Below, one piece after another: positions 43,161 to 52,804 of a stretch of DNA of 53,798 bases (position 1 is its first letter; each line of letters begins with the position of its first letter). The position numbers were made by a program, and so were the translations under genes. Under the pieces are notes generated by a model, which saw nothing but the letters and a program-made list of their open reading frames with translations, was not told where the DNA came from and searched no databases. This DNA is from an uncultured Roseivirgaceae bacterium (GTDB lineage: Bacteria; Bacteroidota; Bacteroidia; Cytophagales; Cyclobacteriaceae), in contig CAYTFO010000001.1 of NCBI GenBank assembly GCA_964437135.1, positions 1 through 53,798 of the forward strand, in the 5' to 3' direction.

Positions 43161-44438
43161 TTAATCATATCGTCTTTGTACAAACCATCTGTCATTGATT
43201 GTCACACCAAAGGTAACCTGAAAATAATTTTCTCGTATCAGATTGCTTTCGGTAGTACCACGCCACCCATATTTAAAGGCAGCATCTATGTTTGACAATC
43301 CCCCTACTGGGAAAGAGCCTCCAAAATTAATACCAAAATCATTAATTTCAGTATTTTGTGGAAGATAAGGTACCTGTTTATAGGATAATCCGAATTTATA
43401 ATTGGCTCTTTTGAAGTAATTGTTAACATTTTTTATGTCTGGAATGTAGCTCACCCCAATTCCTGCATTAAAAATATCTCTTGTATCTATTCCCAATCCT
43501 TCTACATTTTCCCACATTTGATATTCAATATCCATAGCAATAGTGAGGAAATTTGCTTTTTCATAGGAAAATCCGATTCCAAATTGCTGAGGGACATCTG
43601 CAAATATTTCAACATCTTCTTCAATTATATCATCCTGCAACAATGCGCCAAGCCCTGAATATCGCTGAATCGAAATATCTTCATTTCCCGTTAGACTTCC
43701 GGCGAGATGATAGGTAAATCCATAATTGAAAAAAGTTTGCTCTTTTTTAAGATTAATTCTGTGCCCCAGACTAAATTCGATATTAAAATCATTGTAAATA
43801 GCCTCATTTGTGTAGCCTGTTCGGAAATCAGTAACAGTAAATAAGGTATCAGGACCTGTAACGATATTATCTATCGTTTGATCGATTTTCCCAAAATAAT
43901 AGGAAGCACGCACTCCTACATTTATTCCATCTACAACCTGAAATCCGTTGGACCAGGACAAACGACTGATTCCTCCATTACCTTCAAATTCAGTAATAGT
44001 AATATCCTCAGTCCCAACCACAGGAGCAATTGAAGATAAAAAATAATTTACATTACTAAATGGCTCCAAACTCACCTGAGTTCCCCATCTACCCTGGATA
44101 AGTGGAAATGCAAGAGATAGATAATTTAAACTGGCGGTTCTGTCTGTTAGTGAATTAGTTCCCCCGGTGTAAGTTCTTATATCAGCTCTTACACCAGCCT
44201 GAAACATGGCGAAAATGTTGTATGTAAGCCAGGCAGCGTTTCTATTATTGGTAGCATATACTGTTGGCATTCCTATACCCACACCTCCCATGGCTTCATT
44301 GTGGGCATATGATACAGGTATCAGTTCTCCGATACCAAAGCTGGAATAAGGGGATGTGATCGACTGTGAATTTACCTGCAATACAAAAGCTGCCAGAATC
44401 CCCGCAACCAACCATTTCTTACCTCTCATTATGTTCAA
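43161..44438 (-). CDS. Outer-membrane beta-barrel protein (porin/FadL-like), function unknown
   Basis: 425 aa with a signal peptide ending VNSQ. It has the motif SPYSSFGIGEL, alternating beta-strand pattern throughout, and ends WFVQRRYD. An alternative start is Met4 at 44429. Confidence 0.55.
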   Translation of the reverse strand: MNIMRGKKWLVAGILAAFVLQVNSQSITSPYSSFGIGELIPVSYAHNEAMGGVGIGMPTVYATNNRNAAWLTYNIFAMFQAGVRADIRTYTGGTNSLTDRTASLNYLSLAFPLIQGRWGTQVSLEPFSNVNYFLSSIAPVVGTEDITITEFEGNGGISRLSWSNGFQVVDGINVGVRASYYFGKIDQTIDNIVTGPDTLFTVTDFRTGYTNEAIYNDFNIEFSLGHRINLKKEQTFFNYGFTYHLAGSLTGNEDISIQRYSGLGALLQDDIIEEDVEIFADVPQQFGIGFSYEKANFLTIAMDIEYQMWENVEGLGIDTRDIFNAGIGVSYIPDIKNVNNYFKRANYKFGLSYKQVPYLPQNTEINDFGINFGGSFPVGGLSNIDAAFKYGWRGTTESNLIRENYFQVTFGVTINDRWFVQRRYD

Positions 44439-45144
44439 AAATTGTATGTAGTCCTTTCAAAATTAAATTTGGGCGTACAAAGATGGGAGCTTTTATTTTG
44501 CTTTCAAAGAATGAATGGTCGCCACCGGTCATAATTATTGTTAATTCGTCAAAAATTGAAGAAAATTCTTTTATAAACCCCTGTAATTCATACCTTACTC
44601 CATCAAATGCCCCTTTTTGCATACATGATCGGGTGCTTTTACCAATCGAACCTGAATCAGTATACAGCTCTTCTTTTTCGAGTAGTGGTAGTTTTCCGGT
44701 AAAACTATGCATGGCTCTTGCCCTCATTTTATATCCAGGAGAAATTACTCCTCCCTGAAAACAACCTGACGAATCTATTAAATCAAGTGTAATACATGTG
44801 CCCATATCAATTACCAATACATTCCGATTTGGAAACTCTGCATTTGCACCTACTACTCCTGCAATTCTGTCAAGTCCCAGTGTTTCTGGCGTTTCATAAT
44901 CCAGATGTATTGGCAGTTTTGTTTTTCTAGTAAACTCCTGAATATGAGAATTATTGAATTTTTTTTTAATTGATTCGATATCCACGTTGGAAACATTGGA
45001 ATAAAAGACGAGATCTACATTTTGAGCAGGAATTTGCTCCGGACTATCATAGATGCTAACATCTGTTAGTTCCTCATTTTGAAAATATCCTGTTTTGACA
45101 CGAGTATTTCCGATATCTAATATTAATTGATTGCTGGAGTTCAA
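44419..45144 (-). CDS. coaX: Type III pantothenate kinase
   Basis: Blocks LILDIGNTRVK, IDMGT.IT.D and GGDH. The start is uncertain. TTG at 45144 gives MNSSNQLILDIGNT. The track uses TTG at 45183, which would overlap anmK. Confidence 0.85.
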   Translation of the reverse strand: MNSSNQLILDIGNTRVKTGYFQNEELTDVSIYDSPEQIPAQNVDLVFYSNVSNVDIESIKKKFNNSHIQEFTRKTKLPIHLDYETPETLGLDRIAGVVGANAEFPNRNVLVIDMGTCITLDLIDSSGCFQGGVISPGYKMRARAMHSFTGKLPLLEKEELYTDSGSIGKSTRSCMQKGAFDGVRYELQGFIKEFSSIFDELTIIMTGGDHSFFESKIKAPIFVRPNLILKGLHTIFEHNER

Positions 45145-45169
45145 ATTATTTCTTTTATTGCCAAAAATA

Positions 45170-46231
45170 ATGAAACAAGTCAAGGTTATAGGTATTATGT
45201 CAGGCTCATCACTCGATGGCCTGGATGTAGATTTCTCTTATTTTAATAAAACCAATGCCGGTTGGACCTATCAAAACATTAAAAGTGAAACAATTTCATT
45301 TCCTAAAGAGCTACAATCTAAACTTAAAAATGCTGATCAAATCTCCGGAAAGGAATTGACCATACTCGATATTGAATTTGGCAATTGGGTTGGTAAAAAA
45401 ATAATGGAGTTTTGTGAAGATTGTGAGCAGGTTCCTGATCTGATTTCTTCTCATGGGCATACGATTTTTCACGAACCTGAAAATGATTTTACTCTTCAAA
45501 TTGGAAACGCTGAATGTATAGCACGGAAAACTAAACTTCCGGTAGTTTCGGATTTTAGATTAAAAGATATACTAAAAGGAGGTCAGGGAGCACCTCTCGT
45601 AGTGATTGGAGAAAAACTTCTATTACATGAATATAAATCATTTCTAAACTTAGGAGGGATCGCCAATCTAACTTTGTTTCAGGAGGAAGCAATAAAATCT
45701 TTTGACATTGCACCATGCAATCAGGTTTTAAACCATTTTTCTAACAAACTAGGTTTAGCCTATGATGCAGAAGGAGAGTGGGCCAGAAAAGGTTCGATTG
45801 ACAAAGAATGGCTCGAATATTTAAAGACTATATCGTATTTTGAAAAGAATCCTCCTAAATCTCTAGCGAATCAGTTTACCAGTCAATATGTGTTAAAAGG
45901 CTTCCCAGCTAAATCAGAGGATGCTCTAAATACATACTGTTATTTTTTAAAGTATGAACTTGAGAAATGGATCAAAAACCTGTTATCAGGTAATCAGAAG
46001 ATTCAAGTTTTAGCTACTGGAGGAGGGGCTAAAAATACCTTTTTAATGGAAGTCTTTAACCAAAGTCCATTCCTGGATGTTATTGCTGGAGATGAGCATG
46101 TTATTGACTATAAGGAAGCAATGATTTTTGGTTTCCTCGGAGCATTGAGATGGTTTGACCAGGTCAACATACTGAGCACAGCAACAGGAGCCAATTCTGA
46201 TAGTTGTTCCGGGACAATATATTATCCTTGA
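45170..46231 (+). CDS. anmK: Anhydro-N-acetylmuramic acid kinase
   Basis: From ATG 45170 the protein reads MKQVKVIGIMSGSSLDGLD. Other blocks are SHGHTIFH, GGQGAPL and ATGGGAKN. Confidence 0.9.
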   Translation: MKQVKVIGIMSGSSLDGLDVDFSYFNKTNAGWTYQNIKSETISFPKELQSKLKNADQISGKELTILDIEFGNWVGKKIMEFCEDCEQVPDLISSHGHTIFHEPENDFTLQIGNAECIARKTKLPVVSDFRLKDILKGGQGAPLVVIGEKLLLHEYKSFLNLGGIANLTLFQEEAIKSFDIAPCNQVLNHFSNKLGLAYDAEGEWARKGSIDKEWLEYLKTISYFEKNPPKSLANQFTSQYVLKGFPAKSEDALNTYCYFLKYELEKWIKNLLSGNQKIQVLATGGGAKNTFLMEVFNQSPFLDVIAGDEHVIDYKEAMIFGFLGALRWFDQVNILSTATGANSDSCSGTIYYP

Positions 46232-46242
46232 AAATTTTATTA

Positions 46243-46250
46243 TAATTTTG
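46243..46250 (+). promoter_or_regulatory. Candidate Bacteroidota -7 promoter box (TAATTTTG)
   Basis: Matches TAnnTTTG, 41 nt upstream of the gdh ATG at 46291. Confidence 0.35.
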
Positions 46251-46290
46251 ATCAAATTAATTGTTATAACAACAAACTAAACCCGAATAA

Positions 46291-47523
46291 ATGAAAGATC
46301 TCCTGAAAAAATTTGAAAATAAAAAACCGGAAATTGTTTTTGAATGGTCTGATTCTGAAACTGAGGCTGAAGGCTGGGCAGTAATCAATTCATTAAGAGG
46401 AGGTGCTGCAGGAGGGGGAACCCGTATGAGAAAAGGTCTTGATAAAAGAGAAGTTGAATCATTGGCCAAGACTATGGAGATTAAATTTACTGTTTCCGGA
46501 CCTCAGATTGGGGGCGCTAAATCCGGGATCAATTTTGACCCAAATGATCCCCGTAAAGGTGAGGTATTGAAGAGATGGTATCAGGCAGTTTATCCATTGC
46601 TTAAGAACTATTATGGCACTGGTGGTGATCTGAATATTGATGAAATCCATGAAGTGATTCCAATTACGGAGGATTTCGGGTTATGGCATCCCCAGGAAGG
46701 AATTGTAAATGGCCACTACAATCCCTCAAAGCCCAAAAAAATACAAATGATCGGAAGGCTAAGACAGGGGGTTTCCAAAACTCTTGAAGATCAGGAATAT
46801 GTTCCTACTTCTGATAAGAAATACACTGTAGCTGATATGATCACAGGTTTTGGAGTAGCAGAATCTGTAAGACATTTCTATACTATTTGGGGAGGCAACA
46901 TTGCATCTAAGACGGCAATTATCCAGGGTTGGGGAAATGTAGGAGCGACTGCTGCGTTGTACCTGGCAAAATATGGAGTGAAAATAATTGGAATTATAGA
47001 TAGAGATGGGGGTATAATCGATGAAGAAGGAATGAATCTTGACTCCATTAAGAAACTATTTTATGACCGTCAGGGTAACAAACTGGTTTCTGATCGAATG
47101 ATATCTTTCGAAGAATGCAATGAAAAAATTTGGTCGCTCGGTGGTAATATTTTCATTCCTGCAGCAGCCTCAAGATTGGTCTCCAAAGATCAGGCAGAGA
47201 AAATGATCAGCAATAAACTGGAAGTAGTAGCATGCGGAGCAAATGTACCATTTCAGGATACAGAAATATTTTATGGCCCTATCGCTGAACATGTAGATAA
47301 GTCGGTAGCACTTATTTCAGATTTTATTGCAAACTGTGGTATGGCAAGGACATTTGCATACCTCATGGATCCTGATAATGACGAAAAAATTACAGATGAT
47401 GAAATATTCACTGATATCTCTCAAACAATAGAAATTGCTCTAAAAAAAGTGTATGAGTTAAATAAAGGAACCACACATCTTGCTGAAACCGCCTTTAAAA
47501 TAGCTCTCGAAGAATTAATTTAA
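46291..47523 (+). CDS. gdh: Glu/Leu/Phe/Val-family amino-acid dehydrogenase (glutamate dehydrogenase-like)
   Basis: 410 aa with GGAAGGGTRM and GGAKSGI substrate-domain blocks. The Rossmann motif is IQGWGNVG. Confidence 0.8.
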   Translation: MKDLLKKFENKKPEIVFEWSDSETEAEGWAVINSLRGGAAGGGTRMRKGLDKREVESLAKTMEIKFTVSGPQIGGAKSGINFDPNDPRKGEVLKRWYQAVYPLLKNYYGTGGDLNIDEIHEVIPITEDFGLWHPQEGIVNGHYNPSKPKKIQMIGRLRQGVSKTLEDQEYVPTSDKKYTVADMITGFGVAESVRHFYTIWGGNIASKTAIIQGWGNVGATAALYLAKYGVKIIGIIDRDGGIIDEEGMNLDSIKKLFYDRQGNKLVSDRMISFEECNEKIWSLGGNIFIPAAASRLVSKDQAEKMISNKLEVVACGANVPFQDTEIFYGPIAEHVDKSVALISDFIANCGMARTFAYLMDPDNDEKITDDEIFTDISQTIEIALKKVYELNKGTTHLAETAFKIALEELI

Positions 47524-47558
47524 ATTTGATTTGTTTTTAAGCAGTTAATATATCATTT

Positions 47559-47566
47559 TACATTTG
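47559..47566 (+). promoter_or_regulatory. Candidate Bacteroidota -7 promoter box (TACATTTG)
   Basis: Matches TAnnTTTG, 26 nt upstream of ATG 47592. A second match, TAAATTTG, is at 47521..47528. Confidence 0.3.
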
Positions 47567-47591
47567 ATAAAAGTCATCTATGATTCTTTAA

Positions 47592-49073
47592 ATGAAGAAG
47601 CTACTCGGCATTTCATTTGTACTTTTCGCTCTTTTTTTATGCTATCCCACATTTGCTGATGCAGGCACTGATGAATTAACTACGTTGTCAGTATCAGTTG
47701 AAAATGTAGACAGTGTAGAAGTGTCAAGTCCCGGAGATGATCATCATGGTCCTGCACCCTGGAGTGTAATACCATTTGTTGTGCTATTATTAATGATAGC
47801 AACGGGTCCACTTTTTTATGAACATTTCTGGCATAAAAACTATCCCATAATTGCAGTTGCACTTGCTGTAGTCGTTGTCTTATACTATCTCTTTCTATTG
47901 CATAATCAGCATAGTCCGGTTCATGCAATGTTTGAATACATACAATTCATCGCCCTGCTCACCGGGCTCTTTGTTGCATCGGGAGGTATCATGATCATTG
48001 TGGACAAGGAAGCAAAGCCGCTTACCAATGTGATCATACTTGCAATAGGAGCTGTGATCGCTAATATCATAGGTACAACAGGTGCTTCAATGTTACTTAT
48101 TCGGCCATTTATACGTTTGAATCGTAATCGTATCAAAGCCTATCATATTATATTTTTCATTTTCCTCGTTAGCAATATTGGGGGTAGTCTCACACCAATA
48201 GGAGATCCACCTCTTTTTCTGGGATTTTTAAAAGGAATTCCTTTTTTCTGGACACTTACTAATAATTTACTGCCATGGGCATTTGCAGTGCTTGTGTTAC
48301 TTGTATTTTTCTATTTCTTTGATAAAAGAAATAAGTCAGACTACACACTTGGAGAGGAGACTACTACACCTACCGGCAATGTTGCAATTAGGGGAACAAG
48401 GAATTTCGTCTGGTTATCTATAATTGTTGCTTCAGTTTTTCTTGATCCAAATGTTTTTGATTGGGTACCTGCTATAAAGTATGATGGTCAGAATTTCTCA
48501 TTTTTAAGGGAGATTATAATGTTCGCATGCGCGTATCTTTCATTTAAGTTCGCTGATAAGCAGGCATTATCAGGGAATGAATTTAACTTCGAACCAATTC
48601 GTGAAGTTGCATTTATCTTCATTGGCATTTTCGGAACCATGATGCCAGCACTTGAATTAGTAAGTGAGTTTGCTCAGTCTCCGGAAGGTACTGAAATGAT
48701 CACTCAAAACACCCTCTACTGGGGTACTGGTATTCTTTCAGGTTTTCTGGATAATGCACCAACTTATATTAATTTCCTGACCGCCGGAATGGCTGCTGAT
48801 GGAGCCAGCATAAATAAAATACAGGAAGTAATAATGTATGCACAGGGTGCTTTCCCGGAATCCCAACTGGAACTAAGAGCGATATCTATTGCAGCAGTAT
48901 TTTTTGGAGCTATGACTTATATAGGTAACGGACCTAATTTCATGGTAAAATCCATAGCAGAACAAGTAGGTATTAAAATGCCTTCATTCTTTGGTTACAT
49001 TATTCGATTCTCGATACCTATACTATTACCATTATTGTTAATTGTATGGTTGATATTCTTCGCTTTCAGCTAG
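47592..49073 (+). CDS. ArsB/NhaD-superfamily ion transporter (sodium:proton antiporter-like)
   Basis: 493 aa with a signal-like N-terminus and then about 11-12 TM helices. Blocks GDPPLFLGFLKG and DNAPTY are typical of this permease family, from memory. Confidence 0.55.
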   Translation: MKKLLGISFVLFALFLCYPTFADAGTDELTTLSVSVENVDSVEVSSPGDDHHGPAPWSVIPFVVLLLMIATGPLFYEHFWHKNYPIIAVALAVVVVLYYLFLLHNQHSPVHAMFEYIQFIALLTGLFVASGGIMIIVDKEAKPLTNVIILAIGAVIANIIGTTGASMLLIRPFIRLNRNRIKAYHIIFFIFLVSNIGGSLTPIGDPPLFLGFLKGIPFFWTLTNNLLPWAFAVLVLLVFFYFFDKRNKSDYTLGEETTTPTGNVAIRGTRNFVWLSIIVASVFLDPNVFDWVPAIKYDGQNFSFLREIIMFACAYLSFKFADKQALSGNEFNFEPIREVAFIFIGIFGTMMPALELVSEFAQSPEGTEMITQNTLYWGTGILSGFLDNAPTYINFLTAGMAADGASINKIQEVIMYAQGAFPESQLELRAISIAAVFFGAMTYIGNGPNFMVKSIAEQVGIKMPSFFGYIIRFSIPILLPLLLIVWLIFFAFS

Positions 49074-50389
49074 ATTTTAAATAATTGGGAATTTAAAGCC
49101 TGTAATGCCTCTGTCTTGTAATCTTTATTCACAAGAATGGAGATGTTATTTCTACTTCCACCGTAAGCTATCATTCTGATCGATATATTTTCGAGGGCTT
49201 TGAAGATCTCTTTTCCTACTCCTTTGTGTTCGGCTACCATATCGCCTACAATACAGATAATCGTCTGATCTTTGTCTACTTCTACCTTTCCGTAAAGCTT
49301 TATTTCCTCTATTATTTCAAGTAGGTGAGAATCATCATCAATAGTAAGAGAGACAGCAATTTCAGATGTTGTGATCATATCAATCGGGGTTTTATACTTT
49401 TCAAAAACCTCGAATACTTTTCTTAAAAAGCCATACGCCATAATCATACGGGAAGACTTAATTTTTATAGCAGTAATCCCGTCTTTTGCAGCGATTGCTT
49501 TAACTGCCTGTGAAGTTTGCTCTGAAGTAATCAGCGTACCATAGGCTTCCGGATTCATGGTATTTTTTATTCTGACCGGAATATCATAATGCTGTGCAGG
49601 AATTATACAGTTTGGATGCAATATTTTAGCACCAAAATAAGCAAGCTCACCAGCCTCCTCAAATGATAAATTTGATATTGGCATCGTTTTATCAACAACC
49701 CTTGGATCATTGTTATGCATGCCATCAATGTCTGTCCAAATCTGCACCTCCTCTGCATTGATAGCTGCCCCAATTAAAGTCGCAGAATAATCACTTCCAC
49801 CACGTTTGAGATTATCTATACCTCCCGAAAAGTTTCTACAAATAAATCCTTGTGTGATATACAGTTCACAGGCTGGCCCCTGTGCGATGATTTCATTTAT
49901 TTTCTTTTGTATTATGCTGACATCCGGCTCCCCATATTCATTCAAATACATAAAGTCAACCGCAGGAATAAGACGTGAGTTAAATTGCTTTTCTTCAAGG
50001 TAATATTGAAACATATGGGTTGACATCAATTCACCCTGAACAATAAGAATTTTTGAAATTTGATCGAAAAAGGGTTGAGCGATTAACTTCTGAATTTCGT
50101 TGAAAACCTTATGTATATAATCAAAGGCCTTGGATTTAAAGATTTTAGTTTCATAAAGTTGATCGATAAAAACATCATATGAATCTTTAAGAGTGGCGAC
50201 TTTTTCCTTCGCTGAAAGGGTATCTCCGGCATTATAGGATTCTATTATTGAAACAAGGGAATTTGTGGTCCCGGAGACAGCCGAAAGAACTACTACTTTA
50301 GGAGAATTATCTGCAGAAATCAGATTTGCAATGTGATGCATTCTTTCAGGTTTGCCCACGGAAGTGCCCCCAAATTTCAATACTTTCAT
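49070..50389 (-). CDS. lysC: Aspartate kinase
   Basis: 439 aa with MKVLKFGGTSVG, the block RGGSDYSA and C-terminal ACT-type regulatory repeats. Confidence 0.9.
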   Translation of the reverse strand: MKVLKFGGTSVGKPERMHHIANLISADNSPKVVVLSAVSGTTNSLVSIIESYNAGDTLSAKEKVATLKDSYDVFIDQLYETKIFKSKAFDYIHKVFNEIQKLIAQPFFDQISKILIVQGELMSTHMFQYYLEEKQFNSRLIPAVDFMYLNEYGEPDVSIIQKKINEIIAQGPACELYITQGFICRNFSGGIDNLKRGGSDYSATLIGAAINAEEVQIWTDIDGMHNNDPRVVDKTMPISNLSFEEAGELAYFGAKILHPNCIIPAQHYDIPVRIKNTMNPEAYGTLITSEQTSQAVKAIAAKDGITAIKIKSSRMIMAYGFLRKVFEVFEKYKTPIDMITTSEIAVSLTIDDDSHLLEIIEEIKLYGKVEVDKDQTIICIVGDMVAEHKGVGKEIFKALENISIRMIAYGGSRNNISILVNKDYKTEALQALNSQLFKI

Positions 50390-50392
50390 CGC

Positions 50393-50875
50393 TTAGTCTT
50401 TTAGCATTAGCATTTTTACTGCAGTGGCAGCGGCTTCATCACCTTTATTTCCATATTTACCACCAGCTCTGTTCAAAGCCTGCTTTTGATTGTTGGGTGT
50501 AAGGACTCCAAAAATGACAGGTTTATCATATTTCAATCCTACATTGGTTATACCATTTGCAACCGCATCACAGATGAAATCAAAATGTCGGGTTTCACCC
50601 TGGATTACACATCCTATACAAATTACTGCATCTATTTCCTCTTTTTTTGCCATCCACTGTGCACCAAGACTTAGCTCAAAACTTCCGGGGACATTTTTAC
50701 GAATGATATTGCCTCTTTCTGCACCCATTTCCAGAAGGGTTTGAAAAGCACCAGAGTATAAAGCTTCTGTAACCTCAGTATTCCATTCTGAAACTACTAT
50801 TGCAAATTTTTTATTTGAAATATCAGTGATTCCTTCCCTGGAAAAATCACTTAAATTTTTATTACTGCTTGACAT
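50393..50875 (-). CDS. ribH: 6,7-dimethyl-8-ribityllumazine synthase
   Basis: 160 aa with the blocks VPGSFELS, VICIGCVIQGETRHFDFI and NKG.EAA. Confidence 0.95.
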   Translation of the reverse strand: MSSSNKNLSDFSREGITDISNKKFAIVVSEWNTEVTEALYSGAFQTLLEMGAERGNIIRKNVPGSFELSLGAQWMAKKEEIDAVICIGCVIQGETRHFDFICDAVANGITNVGLKYDKPVIFGVLTPNNQKQALNRAGGKYGNKGDEAAATAVKMLMLKD

Positions 50876-50909
50876 AAATAAAAAAAGGGTAGAAGATTAA
50901 TCCTACCCT
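50876..50909 (-). terminator. Terminator-like hairpin plus T-tract directly abutting the ribH start codon
   Basis: The minus strand reads AGGGTAG-gattaatctt-CTACCCT followed by TTTTTTATTT and then the ribH ATG. It lies 22 nt after the upstream TPR gene stop. Confidence 0.55.
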
Positions 50910-50931
50910 TAAATATATAATTTTATCTTCT

Positions 50932-51636
50932 TTATTGTGCAATTAAACCTTCCAACCTTGCCTTATGTTTCTTGGCTTCGTCATAAAGAGGAGAATCAAA
51001 ATAATCAGCTACAATTTTTCCATATGTTTCCGCAGCATTTTTAAGGTCTCCATTTTCTTCATAAGCAATAGCCAGCTTCTTTAGATAAGTAGGTGTAAAC
51101 TCTTTATTTGGTTTATGGCCGACAGCTTGCTTATATTTTGAAATAGCGTTTTCGAAGTCTTCCAATTCCATGTAAGCATCTCCAGCAAGAGAATAGGCTC
51201 TGGATTGGATTAATATATCATTACTGGAGTATCTGTCCAGATATCTTACAGCATTCTCATAGTCTGTCAATCTAAGATAAGTAGCTCCAATATAAAAATT
51301 TGCAAGGTTTGCTGCTTCTGTGCCACTATACAAATCCACAATATCAAGGAATCCGTAATTATTACCATCCCCGTTTAGTGCTCTTCCTAAACTGTCTGCT
51401 TCAAAATAATAGACAGCCTGAAACATTTCTTCCTGAGCTTCCTGGTTTTGGGTATTCTGATAGTTTTTGTAAAAAATGAATGCTGCAACAAGTAGTGCAA
51501 TAAATCCACCAACACCAAAGACTATGTTTTTATTTTTGTTGTTGTTAAAAAACTCCTCCGTTTTAGATACTATCGCATCCGGATTTTCAATAAACTCTAT
51601 ACCCTCGTCAGTTTTCTTCTGCTTAGTCTTAGCCAT
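50932..51636 (-). CDS. Membrane-anchored TPR protein (YfgM-like)
   Basis: 234 aa with one TM helix (IVFGVGGFIALLVAAFIF) followed by TPR-like repeats. It lies upstream of ribH. Confidence 0.6.
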   Translation of the reverse strand: MAKTKQKKTDEGIEFIENPDAIVSKTEEFFNNNKNKNIVFGVGGFIALLVAAFIFYKNYQNTQNQEAQEEMFQAVYYFEADSLGRALNGDGNNYGFLDIVDLYSGTEAANLANFYIGATYLRLTDYENAVRYLDRYSSNDILIQSRAYSLAGDAYMELEDFENAISKYKQAVGHKPNKEFTPTYLKKLAIAYEENGDLKNAAETYGKIVADYFDSPLYDEAKKHKARLEGLIAQ

Positions 51637-51684
51637 TTTTTCTCAATTTGAGGCGCAAAGATATAAATATTCTAGAGAAACGTA

Positions 51685-52713
51685 TTATTCCTCAATAAAA
51701 GGATATTCTTCATCCGCATAAACATGAGTATATGCATCAGAAGCAGGTGGAAACTCTGATTCTTCCGAAAACTTAACCGACTCAGCTACAATGGCTTTTT
51801 GTTCATCATCAATCTTCTTAAGCTCCTCTTCAGCAGCAAATTTCTTAGCCAGAATAGTTTTCTTAACCTGCTCTATCGGATCTCTTTCTTTGTATTCCTG
51901 AACTTCCTCTCGGGTTCTGTATTTAGCAGGATCGGACATCGAGTGTCCTTTATATCTGTAGGTTCTAAATTCAAGTAAAGTCGGCCCGTCTCCTTTTCGG
52001 GCTCTTTCTGCAGCTTCTTCTACTGCGTTATGTATAGCTTCAACATTCATTCCGTCAACAGGTGCAGAAGGAATGTCATAAGATTCACCCAATTCGTACA
52101 ACTCATGCACATTTGAGGTACGCTGGACTGAAGTACCCATTGCATAGCCATTGTTTTCAATCACGAAGATTACCGGAAGTTGGTAAACCATAGCAAGGTT
52201 TAAAGCCTCATGAAAAGCACCTTGTCTTACTGCTCCATCTCCCATGTAACAAATACATAGATTGTCGGTACCTTTATATTTTTCAGCAAAGCCTATTCCT
52301 GCTCCTAAAGGAATCTGTCCTCCTACAATACCATGACCACCCAGAAAGTTTACTTCCTTATCAAACATATGCATTGAGCCACCCTTTCCTTTCGAAATAC
52401 CGGTTACTTTACCATATAACTCAGCCATAATCTTATTTGGATGTGTTCCTAATGCAAGTGGATGCGCGTGATCCCTGTAAGCAGTGATGTATTTATCACC
52501 TTCTTTAAGCGCGGATACAGAACCTGCTGCACATGCTTCCTGTCCTATATACAAATGACAGAAACCTCTGATCTTTTGTTGACCGTATAATTGACCCGCT
52601 TTCTCTTCAAATCTCCTCATCAATGCCATCGAGCGATACCATTCCATGTAGGTTTCCTTAGAAAATTCTTTCTTTTTTGAAGCTTTACCTGATTTTGTAT
52701 TTGTTTTAGCCAT
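51685..52713 (-). CDS. pdhA: Pyruvate dehydrogenase E1 component, alpha subunit
   Basis: 342 aa with the blocks GFCHLYIGQEA, YRDH, GDGA..QG.FHEALN.A, LPVIFVIENNGYAMGT and YRY.GHSMSDP. Confidence 0.9.
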   Translation of the reverse strand: MAKTNTKSGKASKKKEFSKETYMEWYRSMALMRRFEEKAGQLYGQQKIRGFCHLYIGQEACAAGSVSALKEGDKYITAYRDHAHPLALGTHPNKIMAELYGKVTGISKGKGGSMHMFDKEVNFLGGHGIVGGQIPLGAGIGFAEKYKGTDNLCICYMGDGAVRQGAFHEALNLAMVYQLPVIFVIENNGYAMGTSVQRTSNVHELYELGESYDIPSAPVDGMNVEAIHNAVEEAAERARKGDGPTLLEFRTYRYKGHSMSDPAKYRTREEVQEYKERDPIEQVKKTILAKKFAAEEELKKIDDEQKAIVAESVKFSEESEFPPASDAYTHVYADEEYPFIEE

Positions 52714-52804
52714 TCTATTTTTAACGTTAGCTTTGCTCTAAAGCATCATTGCTTTAAGACTGTGCCATGCGAAATTAAAGCAAAATGAAGCCTCCTCAAA
52801 ATAA

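Noticed and set aside
51685-52713. pdhA without an adjacent pdhB, and a separate fused E1 alpha/beta at 19211..21220, as an anomaly
   Set aside because: Unlinked E1 subunit genes and a fused alpha/beta E1 paralog are, to my knowledge, common in Bacteroidota. Nothing in the sequence suggests decay.
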